Below are positions 1 through 10,342 of a stretch of 64,000 nt of DNA, one piece after another; position 1 is the stretch's first letter, and each line of letters begins with the position of its first letter. The notes under the pieces are model-generated. The model was not told the origin of the DNA and ran no database searches. It was given only the letters and a program-made list of their open reading frames with translations. Both the position numbers and the translations under genes were made by a program. Source of the stretch: a bacterium (GTDB lineage Bacteria > UBA10199 > 2-02-FULL-50-16 > JAJFLM01); contig CBDCFN010000016.1 in NCBI GenBank assembly GCA_965216315.1, positions 64,001 to 128,000 of the forward strand, given 5' to 3'.

Positions 1-1058
1 TAGGTGACGTGTAACAGGGTATCTTCCTGAGCATCCGGTGGATCCGGCAAGGGAATGACCTGGACCCTGAAATAATTGGTTCCGATGAGCGGGGCCTTTT
101 CATCTTGAATCACAAGGGCGTCTTGGCACATGGGCTCCGGGATGATCTCGGAGCTGGTCAGGAATTGAACGCTGAATTCTCGAGAGGACGGGTTACGGTT
201 CATCATGCGACAATAACGCTTCGTACGAAAAGTGCGTGGCAAGTGGGCCAGCAGATCCATGATAGAATCATTTGAAATGAGATAGCGGCAACGGGTGGTA
301 AAATGATAGCCGTCGAAGGCAATGCCCTTGATGCGCGACGAATCCGTTTCAAACTCATAATCATTAGGGTGATCCGGTAAGACCGTACCACCGTAGTATT
401 CCACTTTTTCTAGGAACATTCGCTTGAGTTCATTCCACCCCCCTTTAACCATGACAGTGCTGCGGGCCTCTTCAGTTAACAAGGAGAAGGGCTGGAATGA
501 ATCGGCAAAGCTCGTCGGATTTCCCGCCAAAAAGAGGATCCAGGCCTTGAATAAGGCCTGCATCGGGACAGGCAGTTTTTGCAGCTCTTCGGTCCAGCGG
601 GGCCAGCCGTAGTCGCTTTTTTGTTTGAGAAAGCGACGTCGTTCACGCCAGGTCGCCCAGGGAATCAGGCCCAGCAATGGACCCGCCTCGTAGTTGTAGG
701 TTTCTTCGATCTCTTCGAATAACTTGCGGGCCCAATCAAGGTGGTAGGGAAACTCTCTCCGGATTTCCTGTAATAAGTGTTCGGTATTGGCGCTGACGTC
801 AATTCGGTGTCCGGGCAATATCACCTGAAAACCGATTTTGTTCTTACGCAGGGCACGCATGCGTCCTTCTGCGATTCCCATTTTACCGACAATGGATTTG
901 AAAAGGCGTGATTCAAGACCCGCCAAACTGATGGGGCGTTCGGGCGCGGGACGATCGACGACTAAGACGTTGAGTCCGCGTTTGGCGAGCAGGCTGCCCG
1001 CGGTTATGCCGGAGAGATCGTCCCCTAAGACCACTAAATCCGCAAAGTTTACAGACAT
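1..1058 (-). CDS. FAD/NAD-binding oxidoreductase, phytoene dehydrogenase-like (3' end runs off the window)
   Basis: Manual translation from ATG at 1058: MSVNFADLVVLGDDLSGITAGSLLAKRGLNVLVVDR (Rossmann beta-alpha-beta), later VKGGWNELKRMFLEKVEYYGGTV; frame stays open to the window edge. Confidence 0.7.
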   Translation of the reverse strand, partial: MSVNFADLVVLGDDLSGITAGSLLAKRGLNVLVVDRPAPERPISLAGLESRLFKSIVGKMGIAEGRMRALRKNKIGFQVILPGHRIDVSANTEHLLQEIRREFPYHLDWARKLFEEIEETYNYEAGPLLGLIPWATWRERRRFLKQKSDYGWPRWTEELQKLPVPMQALFKAWILFLAGNPTSFADSFQPFSLLTEEARSTVMVKGGWNELKRMFLEKVEYYGGTVLPDHPNDYEFETDSSRIKGIAFDGYHFTTRCRYLISNDSIMDLLAHLPRTFRTKRYCRMMNRNPSSREFSVQFLTSSEIIPEPMCQDALVIQDEKAPLIGTNYFRVQVIPLPDPPDAQEDTLLHVT

Positions 1059-1095
1059 AATAGGGGCTCGCTGCGTAGATCCTTCCTATATGTAT

Positions 1096-1674
1096 CTAAA
1101 AATGAAATGCCACATTGGCCATTAAGCTATACGGAAATATTGCTGAGCTGGCACTCGGGGTCCCGAAATCCGAGATGATCCCGATGGTGCGAAAGACCCC
1201 CTCGAACCCGGCGGAGATGGTTTCGCTGAAAAAGTAGTCAAAGCCGACGCCGAGATTGGTTCCGACGCCGATGCCCCCCGTATTGTCGCTGACGGAACCT
1301 TCCGTTAGAAAGTAGACCCCCGTACCGAGTTTCACAAAGGGGTCAAAGCGGGGATCCCCTGACAAGAAAAAGAACTTTAGGTCTAACGTGGGCATGCCGA
1401 GTAAGAGCATGCCGCTGTCACCGGACGAAACATTCGTGCCACTTTGTCGGGTAATGAAAAAGCCCGCCTGGAAGGCGAATTGTTCGGCAAAGCGGTATTG
1501 GAAGTACGTGAAGCCACCGATGCCCGGATTCATGACCGGAATGGTATCGATTAAGTAAATGTTGCCCATCGGTCCGATACCGACGGAAAAACCGCGCCGC
1601 GCTTCGGCAGGCGGTGCCATGACGAAACTTGAAAAAAGCACGGACGTGAGTAGACAGAGTAAAAATTTTTTCAT
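1096..1674 (-). CDS. Outer membrane beta-barrel (OmpA/OmpW-like) protein
   Basis: Signal peptide MKKFLLCLL...AEA, alternating amphipathic strands, C-terminal Phe (AFHF). Confidence 0.75.
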   Translation of the reverse strand: MKKFLLCLLTSVLFSSFVMAPPAEARRGFSVGIGPMGNIYLIDTIPVMNPGIGGFTYFQYRFAEQFAFQAGFFITRQSGTNVSSGDSGMLLLGMPTLDLKFFFLSGDPRFDPFVKLGTGVYFLTEGSVSDNTGGIGVGTNLGVGFDYFFSETISAGFEGVFRTIGIISDFGTPSASSAIFPYSLMANVAFHF

Positions 1675-1684
1675 CGGGCCCCCT

Positions 1685-2296
1685 CTATAGGATACGGACC
1701 TTGCGTCCGTCAATTTTCAATCGATCTGCGCAAAAAAGTCGAATGGCTTCAGGAAGTAAGCGATGTTCTACCGCGTGGACGCGTTCGAGTAAAGATTCTT
1801 CTGTATCGTCTCCGTGGATCTCAACGGTCTCCTGAAGGATGATTGGGCCGGTATCGACGCCTTCATCAATAAAATGGACGGTGACGCCGGTGACCCGCGC
1901 TCCATAATCGATCGCCTGTTTGACGGCATGCAGCCCTGGAAAGGAGGGTAGCAACGCAGGATGAACATTGATGATGCGATGCCGGTATTCGCGGATAAAT
2001 TGAGAGGATAGGATGCGATCGAAGCCGGCGAGGACAATTCCCTTGGGGCTGATCTCGGCAAGTTTGGCGAGCAGAGCGGCTTCGAAGGATTGGCGGTCTT
2101 GATAATCTTGGTGAGACAAACAGAGGTTCGGGATATCCGCTGCATCGGCTCGTGTTAAGGCCTTCACGCCGGGTCGATTGGAGATAACAAGTGCAAGGCG
2201 CGCGCCTAATGATCCGTCACGTGTGGCATCAATGATGGCTTGGAGGTTGGTTCCGCTGCCGGATACCAGGACGGCGAGCTTTGGCGGCTCATTCAT
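1685..2296 (-). CDS. purN: Phosphoribosylglycinamide formyltransferase
   Basis: LVSGSGTNLQA, NVHPALLPSFPG and GVTVHFIDEGVDTGPII motifs. Confidence 0.97.
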   Translation of the reverse strand: MNEPPKLAVLVSGSGTNLQAIIDATRDGSLGARLALVISNRPGVKALTRADAADIPNLCLSHQDYQDRQSFEAALLAKLAEISPKGIVLAGFDRILSSQFIREYRHRIINVHPALLPSFPGLHAVKQAIDYGARVTGVTVHFIDEGVDTGPIILQETVEIHGDDTEESLLERVHAVEHRLLPEAIRLFCADRLKIDGRKVRIL

Positions 2297-3339
2297 ATGA
2301 GTTCTACGGCCTCCTGTCCGGCTTCACGGGCTTCGATAGTTCCGAGGTCCCACACGCTTTCTCCGCAGCTGGTGAGTTGATTGCTGACGGTGTCTCCTTG
2401 TTCGGCACCGGTTATCACGACGAGGCCAATGCCGTCGTTGAAGACGCGCACCATGTCTTGAGCGGAGAGAGAGCCCAATTCTTGGAAAAAATCAAAATGC
2501 TGTGGACGCTCCCAACGTGATCGGTCGAGTTGCAGTCGGCATTCGTCGGGGAGAATGCGCGGGATGTTGCCGATAAGACCTCCACCGGTGATGTGTGCCA
2601 GGCCATGGCACAGATCGGCGTCGAGCAGCGGGGCAATGATCGGGCCGTAGAGTCGGGTGGGCCGTGTCAATAGATCGGACAAGGTCGCATCCTCGCCCGG
2701 CGCCTTTGTTTCAAGATCGAGTTGTTGCTGGGCAATGATATGGCGAATGAGGGAGTAGCCATTGGAATGGAATCCACTTGAGGCCAAACCCAGTACGCGA
2801 TCTCCCGGCTGGATGCGAGAGCCATCCAGGACGCGGTCGGCCGCAACGACGCCGACTATAAAGCCGGCCATGTCAAAGTCACCGGGTTTGTAGACGCCGG
2901 GCATTTCGGCTGTTTCGCCGCCGACCAGGGCACAACCAATGGTTTGGCAGGCCGCGGCGATTCCTTTGATGATCCGGGCGGTACTGTCGACTTCAAGTTC
3001 GCCCGTGGCGTAATAATCGAGAAAAAAAAGCGGTCGGGCGCCTAGGCAGAGAATGTCATTGGCACACATGGCCACCAAGTCCTGGCCGATGCGATCCCAG
3101 TAGCCGGTTTCTTTGGTCAGCTCTAATTTGGTGCCGACCCCATCGGTGCCGGTCACGAGGAGGTTGCGTTGGCTGTCGATCGCGTCGATGGCGAACAGCG
3201 CCCCGTAGCCACCGTAGTTGCCGCGAACTTCTTTGCCGTGGGTCGCCTCGACAAAAGGCTTAATTTTGGCGACGAGTGCCTCGCCCGCATCGATATCAAC
3301 CCCGGCTTGTTTGTAGGACTCTGACATGGTGAGGGCCAC
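2293..3339 (-). CDS. purM: Phosphoribosylformylglycinamidine cyclo-ligase (AIR synthase)
   Basis: YKQAGVDIDAG, DGVGTKL, GGETAEMPG, HITGGG; adjacent to purN. True start may be the second Met (3327). Confidence 0.97.
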   Translation of the reverse strand: MALTMSESYKQAGVDIDAGEALVAKIKPFVEATHGKEVRGNYGGYGALFAIDAIDSQRNLLVTGTDGVGTKLELTKETGYWDRIGQDLVAMCANDILCLGARPLFFLDYYATGELEVDSTARIIKGIAAACQTIGCALVGGETAEMPGVYKPGDFDMAGFIVGVVAADRVLDGSRIQPGDRVLGLASSGFHSNGYSLIRHIIAQQQLDLETKAPGEDATLSDLLTRPTRLYGPIIAPLLDADLCHGLAHITGGGLIGNIPRILPDECRLQLDRSRWERPQHFDFFQELGSLSAQDMVRVFNDGIGLVVITGAEQGDTVSNQLTSCGESVWDLGTIEAREAGQEAVELI

Positions 3340-3577
3340 TCATAGGGTTTTGCGGGCTAAAATGCAATGGGAGGCCTCTTAAGGCGCCTCCCCAGGGTGA
3401 GAGGACGGCGTGCCTAAACAAGTAAGAAGTGTTAGAATATTGACCATATGGGTCCCCCTTGGGTTGAAGGCGAAAAGTCGGATGATTTCAGATATTTTGC
3501 CCTAGTTCGTCTTGCAACGGAATATTGACTGTGGTAGTTTTCACCCACCGTTCTCTCACGAGCGGATTGAGTCGACT

Positions 3578-4765
3578 ATGACGGCGAGCAAGCCTGCAAA
3601 AAAAGAAGAAAACCTCGAGCATCTCCTCGATAAGCTCGGCCATCTCGAACAACTCGCCGAGACACTTTCACGCGGCAAATATATGTGGGAGTCGACCTTT
3701 GATGCCATCGGGGATCCCGTGATGATTATCGACGAGGACTTCCAAATCCTTCGTGCCAACCTGGCGGCGGCAAATCAGTCGAATCAAGATATTCGGGCGA
3801 TGATTCATCGCAAATGTTACGAAGTCTTTGCGGGTCGCGATGATGTCTGTCCCTTGTGTCCTCTGGCCACGACCCTTAAGCGGAACGAACCCGGGACGAT
3901 TTGGGTCGATCAATTAATGAAGTCACGAGATTTTCAGGTGAGTTCCTATCCATATGAAGACCCCATCTCAGGGAAAAAAGCCGTCGTGCATCATTACCGC
4001 GAGGTAACAGATGAAAAACGTCTGCAACGCAAACTTGTACAGAGTGAAAAAATGGCGGCGCTTGGAATGCTGGCCGGTGGTGTGGCGCATGAGATTAACA
4101 ATCCTCTCGGTGGCATTTTGGCATTTGCCCAACTGATTATGCGGGATCTCGAAACGGATAATCCCTTGCGCGATGATGTTCAAGAGATTGAAAGCGCAGC
4201 ATTGCGTTGCAAAGAGATCGTTGAGAACTTATTGGAATTTTCACGCCAATCAGGTGATACCGAGAGCAAAGAAGTCGATATTAATAATACAGTAGAAAAA
4301 CTGTTGCCGCTGATTCGACTGCGACTGCGTTCGCAAAAAATCGAACTTAAAACCATATATGATGAGAAACAGCCGCGGGTCATGGGCTCTGGGACGCGTC
4401 TGCAGCAGGTCATTTTGAATCTCTTGACGAATGCCGCCCAAGCGATTGGGAGGGAAGGTTCGATTAAACTTGTCACGGAGGTCGATGACGATTCAGGGTT
4501 GGTCATGATTACGGTTGAAGACACCGGTCCGGGGATTTCCTCTGCCGACTTAGGGCGCATATTTGATCCGTTCTTTACGACTAAAGAGGCGGGGGATGGT
4601 ACGGGATTAGGTCTGTCGATATGCTATTCAATAATTTCTGAGCATCATGGACAGATAGATGTTCAAAGTGAAGTCGGCAAGGGAACGGTTTTTAAAATCT
4701 CGTTACCTTTGTTGAGTGAGGAAATGCCGGCATCTAAAAGTGATACAGTGGGGGGCGCCGGTTAA
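3578..4765 (+). CDS. PAS-domain sensor histidine kinase (NtrB-like)
   Basis: H-box AHEINNPL, N-box NLLTNAAQA, DTGPGI, FDPFFTTK, GTGLGL; N-terminal PAS with CYEVF..CPLCP. Confidence 0.92.
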   Translation: MTASKPAKKEENLEHLLDKLGHLEQLAETLSRGKYMWESTFDAIGDPVMIIDEDFQILRANLAAANQSNQDIRAMIHRKCYEVFAGRDDVCPLCPLATTLKRNEPGTIWVDQLMKSRDFQVSSYPYEDPISGKKAVVHHYREVTDEKRLQRKLVQSEKMAALGMLAGGVAHEINNPLGGILAFAQLIMRDLETDNPLRDDVQEIESAALRCKEIVENLLEFSRQSGDTESKEVDINNTVEKLLPLIRLRLRSQKIELKTIYDEKQPRVMGSGTRLQQVILNLLTNAAQAIGREGSIKLVTEVDDDSGLVMITVEDTGPGISSADLGRIFDPFFTTKEAGDGTGLGLSICYSIISEHHGQIDVQSEVGKGTVFKISLPLLSEEMPASKSDTVGGAG

Positions 4766-6171
4766 TGGTTAAAGCAGAAGGCAAAAAAGATAGGGGGCGG
4801 ATACTCGTCATCGATGATGAAGAAGTCATCCGGAAGGCATTGTCGCGTTATTTAGAGGCGGAAGGCTATGAAGTATTATTAGCGCGTGATGGCAAAGAAG
4901 GTCTCGCGCGCTTTAGTGAGGGAGGGGTTGATCTCGCATTAGTGGACTTAATGATGCCTGAGGTTTCGGGGCATGATGTCGTCAAGGCGATGCGCAAACA
5001 GGCCCCTGACGCTTTAGCGATTATTATGACAGCATACGGGACTATTCCGAGCGCTGTTGATGCGATCCGCTCCGGTGCTTATCACTATGTAACCAAACCA
5101 TTTGAACTGGATGAAATCGGGACTTTAATCAAGAAGGCCCTCGATTATCGTCGAGTCATGGAAGAGAATGTTGAGCTCAAACGTAAACTGGAGCAGCGCG
5201 ATCACTTTGACAAATTTGTGGGTCAGAGTTCACAAATTCGCCAGGTTTTCGACATCGTATCAAAAGTTGCCGAGACCGACAGTACGGTCTTGATCCTCGG
5301 TGAATCCGGGACGGGCAAAGAACTGGTCGCGCGTTCTATCCATGAGCAATCAGCGCGTCGAAAAAAACCGTTGATCGCAATCAATTGTGCGGCCATGCCC
5401 GAGGGTTTGTTGGAGAGCGAGTTCTTTGGTCACGTCAAGGGAGCTTTTACGGGGGCGGCAAGCAACCGGGAAGGGAAATTTTCTCAAGCCGACGGTGGCA
5501 CCATCTTTTTAGATGAAATTGCCGATATGAGTCCCAAACTCCAAGTAAAGCTACTGCGTGTGTTGCAAGAAAGACACTTTGAGCCGGTTGGTTCTAACGA
5601 AGTTAAAGAAGTCGATGTCCGTGTGATAGCGGCGACTAACAAAAACCTCGAAAAAATGGTGCAGGATGGGTCTTTCCGAGAGGATTTGTATTATCGTCTC
5701 AATGTAATTCCTATTGAAATTCCACCACTCAGGGAAAGGAAATCAGACATTCCTCTGCTGATGCAGTATTTCCTGGAACGCTTTAGCAGTCAGAATGGTG
5801 TCGAAAAAATCGCAACAGATTCGGAAGTAAAAAAATGTTTATTGGATTATTCGTGGCCCGGTAATGTGCGTGAGCTTGAGAATATGATGGAGCGTCTTGT
5901 CGTGTTGAATCACTCAGGTAATATTACCATGGAAGATCTGCCTCCGACTCTATGGAGCGGGATGGTTATGAATACGGTGCCTCAGATGGATATTCCCGAT
6001 GATGGCGTTTCTTTTAAAGACCTCGTCAATAATTACGAAAGAGATCTAATCGTGAGCGCTCTTAATAAGACGGAGTGGAATAAAAATCAGGCGGCTAATT
6101 TGTTGGGGCTGAACCGCACAACGCTTATTGAAAAAATAAAAAAACAAGGAATTGTTCGTAGTGAGAACTGA
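4765..6171 (+). CDS. Sigma-54-dependent response regulator (NtrC family)
   Basis: Receiver (IDDE, D in VDLMMP, KP), GESGTGKE, GAFTGA, Fis-type HTH. Confidence 0.95.
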   Translation: MVKAEGKKDRGRILVIDDEEVIRKALSRYLEAEGYEVLLARDGKEGLARFSEGGVDLALVDLMMPEVSGHDVVKAMRKQAPDALAIIMTAYGTIPSAVDAIRSGAYHYVTKPFELDEIGTLIKKALDYRRVMEENVELKRKLEQRDHFDKFVGQSSQIRQVFDIVSKVAETDSTVLILGESGTGKELVARSIHEQSARRKKPLIAINCAAMPEGLLESEFFGHVKGAFTGAASNREGKFSQADGGTIFLDEIADMSPKLQVKLLRVLQERHFEPVGSNEVKEVDVRVIAATNKNLEKMVQDGSFREDLYYRLNVIPIEIPPLRERKSDIPLLMQYFLERFSSQNGVEKIATDSEVKKCLLDYSWPGNVRELENMMERLVVLNHSGNITMEDLPPTLWSGMVMNTVPQMDIPDDGVSFKDLVNNYERDLIVSALNKTEWNKNQAANLLGLNRTTLIEKIKKQGIVRSEN

Positions 6172-6173
6172 TA

Positions 6174-7616
6174 ATGAGTGGGAATACGGCGACAATAAAT
6201 GATCCCTTACCGCGTTTTCTGATTGTTGACGATGACCCAACAATCGCGGCCGTGTTTCGGCAGATTGCGGAACGTAATGGGTGCGATTATGTGGTGGCGG
6301 CGGATGGTCGTGAGGCTCTTGATCGGATGGAAGCGGATGTTTTCGATATAGCTATTGTTGATGTTAATCTTCCTGATGTCAGCGGGCTGAAATTGCTTGA
6401 GAAAATCTGCGAGAAGCAAAGCGATACCGAGGTTATTATGATAACCGGGCAGGGCAGTGTTCAGAGCGCTGTGCGCTCGCTTAAACTTGGGGCTTATGAT
6501 TATCTCACTAAGCCTTTCGATGATATTTCACATATAGAACGCATTATTGAGAAAGCGCTCGAAAAAGTGCATTTGATGCGGCGCTTGCATTCTTGTGAGG
6601 ACCAGATTCTTGATGTTGAAGAATACAGTGGCATTGTTGGCAAGAGCCGTGAAATGCGGCAGATATATGGTCTTATTCAAAATATTTCCCATTCTACCAG
6701 TAACGTGTTGATTCAAGGTGAGTCGGGGACGGGTAAGGAACTTGTCGCGCGTGCAATTTATGCAAATAGTCCGCGTTCGGATAAACCGTTTGTCGTGATT
6801 AATTGTTCCGCGCTCGCTGAGACACTGCTTGAGAGTGAACTGTTTGGGCATGTTAAGGGTTCTTTTACAGGGGCGACACACAATAAAAAGGGTCTGTTTA
6901 CGGAAGCGGATGGGGGGACTATTTTTCTCGATGAAATTGGTGAGGTTCCGTTATCGATGCAGGTTAAGTTATTGAGGGCCCTTCAAGATGGAGAAGTCAG
7001 GCCCCTTGGATCGGATCGAGTCCATCATGTCGATGTTCGCGTTATTGCGGCGACCAATCGAGACCTTCAAGAGGCGATGAAACAAGGGATCTTTCGTGAA
7101 GACTTATACTATCGGCTAAATGTTATTGGAGTACGCTTGCCTTCGCTGCGCGACCGGCCCGAGGATATTCCCCTGCTTGCTTATCATTTCCTTAAGAAGA
7201 ATGCAGCGCGAGCGAAGAAGCCAGTCAAACAAATATCTGCAGATACCATGCAGACCCTTCGGGATTATAAATGGGCTGGCAATGTGCGAGAGCTTGAAAA
7301 TGTCATTGAAAGAGCCGTTGTCCTCTCAAGCGCGGAAACGCTGACTGCACGCGATCTTCCGCCCAAGCTGTTACGCCATGTTTTTTATGAAAAAGATGAA
7401 GATGATGGCCTTGCTGAATGGATGCATATGTCCTATAAGCAGGCCAAAGATAAGGCATTGACAGATTTCAATGTGAAGTACATTGGTGGATTGCTTCAGA
7501 TGACGCAGGGAAATATTTCGTTGGCATCACAGCGTGCTGGGATGGATCGTAACAACTTTAAGAAAATAATTAAGCGATACGACATTAATGCCAAGGCGTT
7601 CAAAAAAACTAGCTAG
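6174..7616 (+). CDS. Sigma-54-dependent response regulator (NtrC family)
   Basis: Receiver (VDDD, VDVNLP, KP), GESGTGKE, GSFTGA, C-terminal HTH. Confidence 0.94.
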   Translation: MSGNTATINDPLPRFLIVDDDPTIAAVFRQIAERNGCDYVVAADGREALDRMEADVFDIAIVDVNLPDVSGLKLLEKICEKQSDTEVIMITGQGSVQSAVRSLKLGAYDYLTKPFDDISHIERIIEKALEKVHLMRRLHSCEDQILDVEEYSGIVGKSREMRQIYGLIQNISHSTSNVLIQGESGTGKELVARAIYANSPRSDKPFVVINCSALAETLLESELFGHVKGSFTGATHNKKGLFTEADGGTIFLDEIGEVPLSMQVKLLRALQDGEVRPLGSDRVHHVDVRVIAATNRDLQEAMKQGIFREDLYYRLNVIGVRLPSLRDRPEDIPLLAYHFLKKNAARAKKPVKQISADTMQTLRDYKWAGNVRELENVIERAVVLSSAETLTARDLPPKLLRHVFYEKDEDDGLAEWMHMSYKQAKDKALTDFNVKYIGGLLQMTQGNISLASQRAGMDRNNFKKIIKRYDINAKAFKKTS

Positions 7617-9006
7617 TCAGCAGGCCCAATTGGATAGCCCGGAAGTTGCGGTTGTCTATATAAAGGAAGCTGTTCCGGACGAGTGGATTACCGCGCTTCG
7701 TGGTGAAGGGTATGAAGTCAGTGCCTATGCTATCAATGAATTTAGTACTCTAAGTCGCGTGGATCATTTGGATACAGTTGTACTCTCATTTGCGGATGGG
7801 GAACTGGATCAGGCTGTTCGTGCCGTTGCGGCGTGCCGTCACCTTAATGAGTACCTTCCGGTTATTTGCGTCGGACCGGTATCGCGAGTGGATGAAGTCG
7901 TCACGTTGATGAAGGCGGATTCTTACGATTGTCTCGAGACCCCCGTCGTCCTGCCACGTTTTCTGTTGGCTGTGTCGCATGCGATTGAAAATTACAAGCT
8001 GACTAAGCGGGTCAACTTGTTGGAGAGCCAGGTCCAGTGGGAAGGCCAGTTTGATAACCTCGTCGGGTTGAGTAACCAGATGCAAGAAGTGTTTCATATG
8101 GTCAAGACGGTGGCCAAGTCCAATGCCACTATCTTGATACTCGGCGAATCCGGGACAGGTAAAGAGCTGGTGGCTAAGGCGATCCATCGGCATTCCGGTC
8201 GCGATCCAAAGAAATTTATCGATATTAACTGCGGGGCGATTCCTAAGGAGCTACTGGAAAATGAACTGTTTGGGCACGAGCGTGGCGCTTATACGGGAGC
8301 TGACAGGCAGTATTTAGGCTCGGTAGAAAGGGCTGACAAGGGGACTTTATTCTTAGATGAAATTGGCGAGATGGAGTTGAATCTCCAAGTCAAGCTGTTA
8401 CGACTATTACAGGAAAGATCATTCCAGCGCATCGGCGGTAACGTCAAACATGAAGTTGATATTCGGGTGATTGCCTCAACTAATCGAAACTTGCGTGAAG
8501 AAGTTGATCAAGGAACGTTTCGTGAAGATTTATATTACCGGTTGAATGTCGTTCCTATCATTTTGCCTCCACTGCGTGAACGCAAAGAGGATATCCCTGT
8601 CTTAGCCAAACATTTTCTGGATAAATTTGCTGCCGAAAATCATCGCAAATTTAAAGATTTCACTCCAGAAGCCCTTCAGGCATTGGCTAATTTTGATTGG
8701 CCGGGAAATGTCCGCGAATTAGAAAATACAATAGAGCGCGTTGTCGTGCTGCATGATGAGGTGCGCGTGAAGCCCGTTCACTTGCCGCGTTTTGTGCAGC
8801 GCGCCGAAGGACGGCTCCCCGCACCCCCTTCGGGTAATCTTACGGATCCTTATCAGAAAGTCATTCCTTTGGCACAGGTAGAGCAATATGCCATTGAGTC
8901 GACGCTGGCTAAGTGCAATGGCGACGTCGTATTGGCGGCAAAAAAACTTCAAATCGGTCAAGCGACCCTTTATCGCAAGTTGAAAAGATACGGTATTAAG
9001 GTGTAG
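7588..9006 (+). CDS. Sigma-54-dependent activator with degenerate receiver domain
   Basis: GESGTGKE, GAYTGA, WPGNVRELEN, HTH (IGQATLYRKLKRY); the N-domain is receiver-like but lacks the acidic pocket, phospho-Asp and Lys. Confidence 0.9.
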   Translation: MPRRSKKLASQQAQLDSPEVAVVYIKEAVPDEWITALRGEGYEVSAYAINEFSTLSRVDHLDTVVLSFADGELDQAVRAVAACRHLNEYLPVICVGPVSRVDEVVTLMKADSYDCLETPVVLPRFLLAVSHAIENYKLTKRVNLLESQVQWEGQFDNLVGLSNQMQEVFHMVKTVAKSNATILILGESGTGKELVAKAIHRHSGRDPKKFIDINCGAIPKELLENELFGHERGAYTGADRQYLGSVERADKGTLFLDEIGEMELNLQVKLLRLLQERSFQRIGGNVKHEVDIRVIASTNRNLREEVDQGTFREDLYYRLNVVPIILPPLRERKEDIPVLAKHFLDKFAAENHRKFKDFTPEALQALANFDWPGNVRELENTIERVVVLHDEVRVKPVHLPRFVQRAEGRLPAPPSGNLTDPYQKVIPLAQVEQYAIESTLAKCNGDVVLAAKKLQIGQATLYRKLKRYGIKV

Positions 9007-9069
9007 CCCCACCCCTACTTGACTTGTGTCGTGCAAGGGCAGATAGTTCGGTTTGTGTCTGATCTTATC

Positions 9070-10317
9070 ATGAACGATTTGCTCGATCGTGAATATTTCG
9101 GAATGAAGTTGGGATTGAGAAAGATACGACGTATCTTGTCCCGCCTTGATCATCCGGAAGAAAAATTCAGTTCCATTCATATCGCAGGGACCAATGGTAA
9201 AGGCTCAACGGCGACAATGGTAGCCCGCATCCTTGAAGCCGGGCACTATCGTGTAGGTCTTTTTACTTCGCCACATCTGCAACAGTTGAATGAGAGATTT
9301 CAAATCAATGGGGAAAAAATCGCAAGCGAAGAACTAGATCGTCTCGCCGAAGAGGTGCAAGCTGTTGATGAAGACTCCGATCCTTTGTCTTTTTTCGAGT
9401 TCATAACCGTGATGGCTTTTTTGTATTTTGCGCATAAAAAAGTCGATGTTGCGGTTATCGAAGTAGGCCTCGGCGGTCGGTTGGATGCCACAAATGTTAT
9501 TCAACCGGACGTGTCAGTCATTACCGGAATATCGTTGGATCATCAACGTCATCTCGGTTCGACCTTGGAAAAAATAGCGACTGAAAAGGCGGGCATTATC
9601 AAAACAGGGATTCCTGTTTTCAGCAGTGAACGACGCCCTCATATTCGCCGTGTCTTATCGAAGGTTGCGCGTCAGAAAAAAACAAAAATTTGTTTTATTG
9701 ATGAACCGGAATGTCACAACGATGGAACGTTTAGTTGGGAGCATTTCCGAAAACTTTGGGTTCCCATGCTTGGAAATGGTCAGGCGCTTAATGCGGCCCT
9801 GGCGGTCGCTGTTGCTGAAGCTTTTCTGCAGCAACATGCTGAATGGCCGCTTTTGTCGCATACTTCTGTTTACCGCGGGCTCGCTTCGGCCATGATTCCG
9901 GGGAGGATGGAGATCGTGCATCGATCCCCTTTTGTTTTCTTGGATGGGGCTCACAATGAGGCGGCGGTGGACCATCTCGTGGCGACGTGTCGCAAGACTT
10001 TTAAAAAAGGGAAAATTCATTGTCTATTTGGAGCCATGGGAGATAAAGACTTTCCTCTGATGTTGAAAAGATTGCATCGGTTGGGTGGGGAACTGCACGT
10101 GACGGCTCCCAAAATGAAACGTGCGGTGCCGGCACAAAAACTTGTTGCGGCCGCAGCCTCTCAAGGATGGCCCGCGCAACAATATAAAGATTGTCGTACT
10201 GCGGTGCGCACATTGCTTGGTAAACTAAAGGCGAATGATACACTCGTCGTTACCGGATCGCTTTTCCTGGTCGGCGAGGCGCGCGCATGTTTCACAACTC
10301 CAGCCCTTGCCTCTTGA
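9070..10317 (+). CDS. folC: Folylpolyglutamate synthase/dihydrofolate synthase
   Basis: HIAGTNGKGS, FTSPHL, EVGLGGRLDATN, DGAHN, GSLFLVG. Confidence 0.96.
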   Translation: MNDLLDREYFGMKLGLRKIRRILSRLDHPEEKFSSIHIAGTNGKGSTATMVARILEAGHYRVGLFTSPHLQQLNERFQINGEKIASEELDRLAEEVQAVDEDSDPLSFFEFITVMAFLYFAHKKVDVAVIEVGLGGRLDATNVIQPDVSVITGISLDHQRHLGSTLEKIATEKAGIIKTGIPVFSSERRPHIRRVLSKVARQKKTKICFIDEPECHNDGTFSWEHFRKLWVPMLGNGQALNAALAVAVAEAFLQQHAEWPLLSHTSVYRGLASAMIPGRMEIVHRSPFVFLDGAHNEAAVDHLVATCRKTFKKGKIHCLFGAMGDKDFPLMLKRLHRLGGELHVTAPKMKRAVPAQKLVAAAASQGWPAQQYKDCRTAVRTLLGKLKANDTLVVTGSLFLVGEARACFTTPALAS

Positions 10318-10342
10318 GTGGGAGAGAGATATAAATAGAGCT

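Noticed and set aside
3369..3392. Hairpin GGGAGGC...GCCTCCC between purM and the kinase
   Set aside because: Short stem, no U-tract, in a divergent region; not enough support for a terminator or riboswitch.
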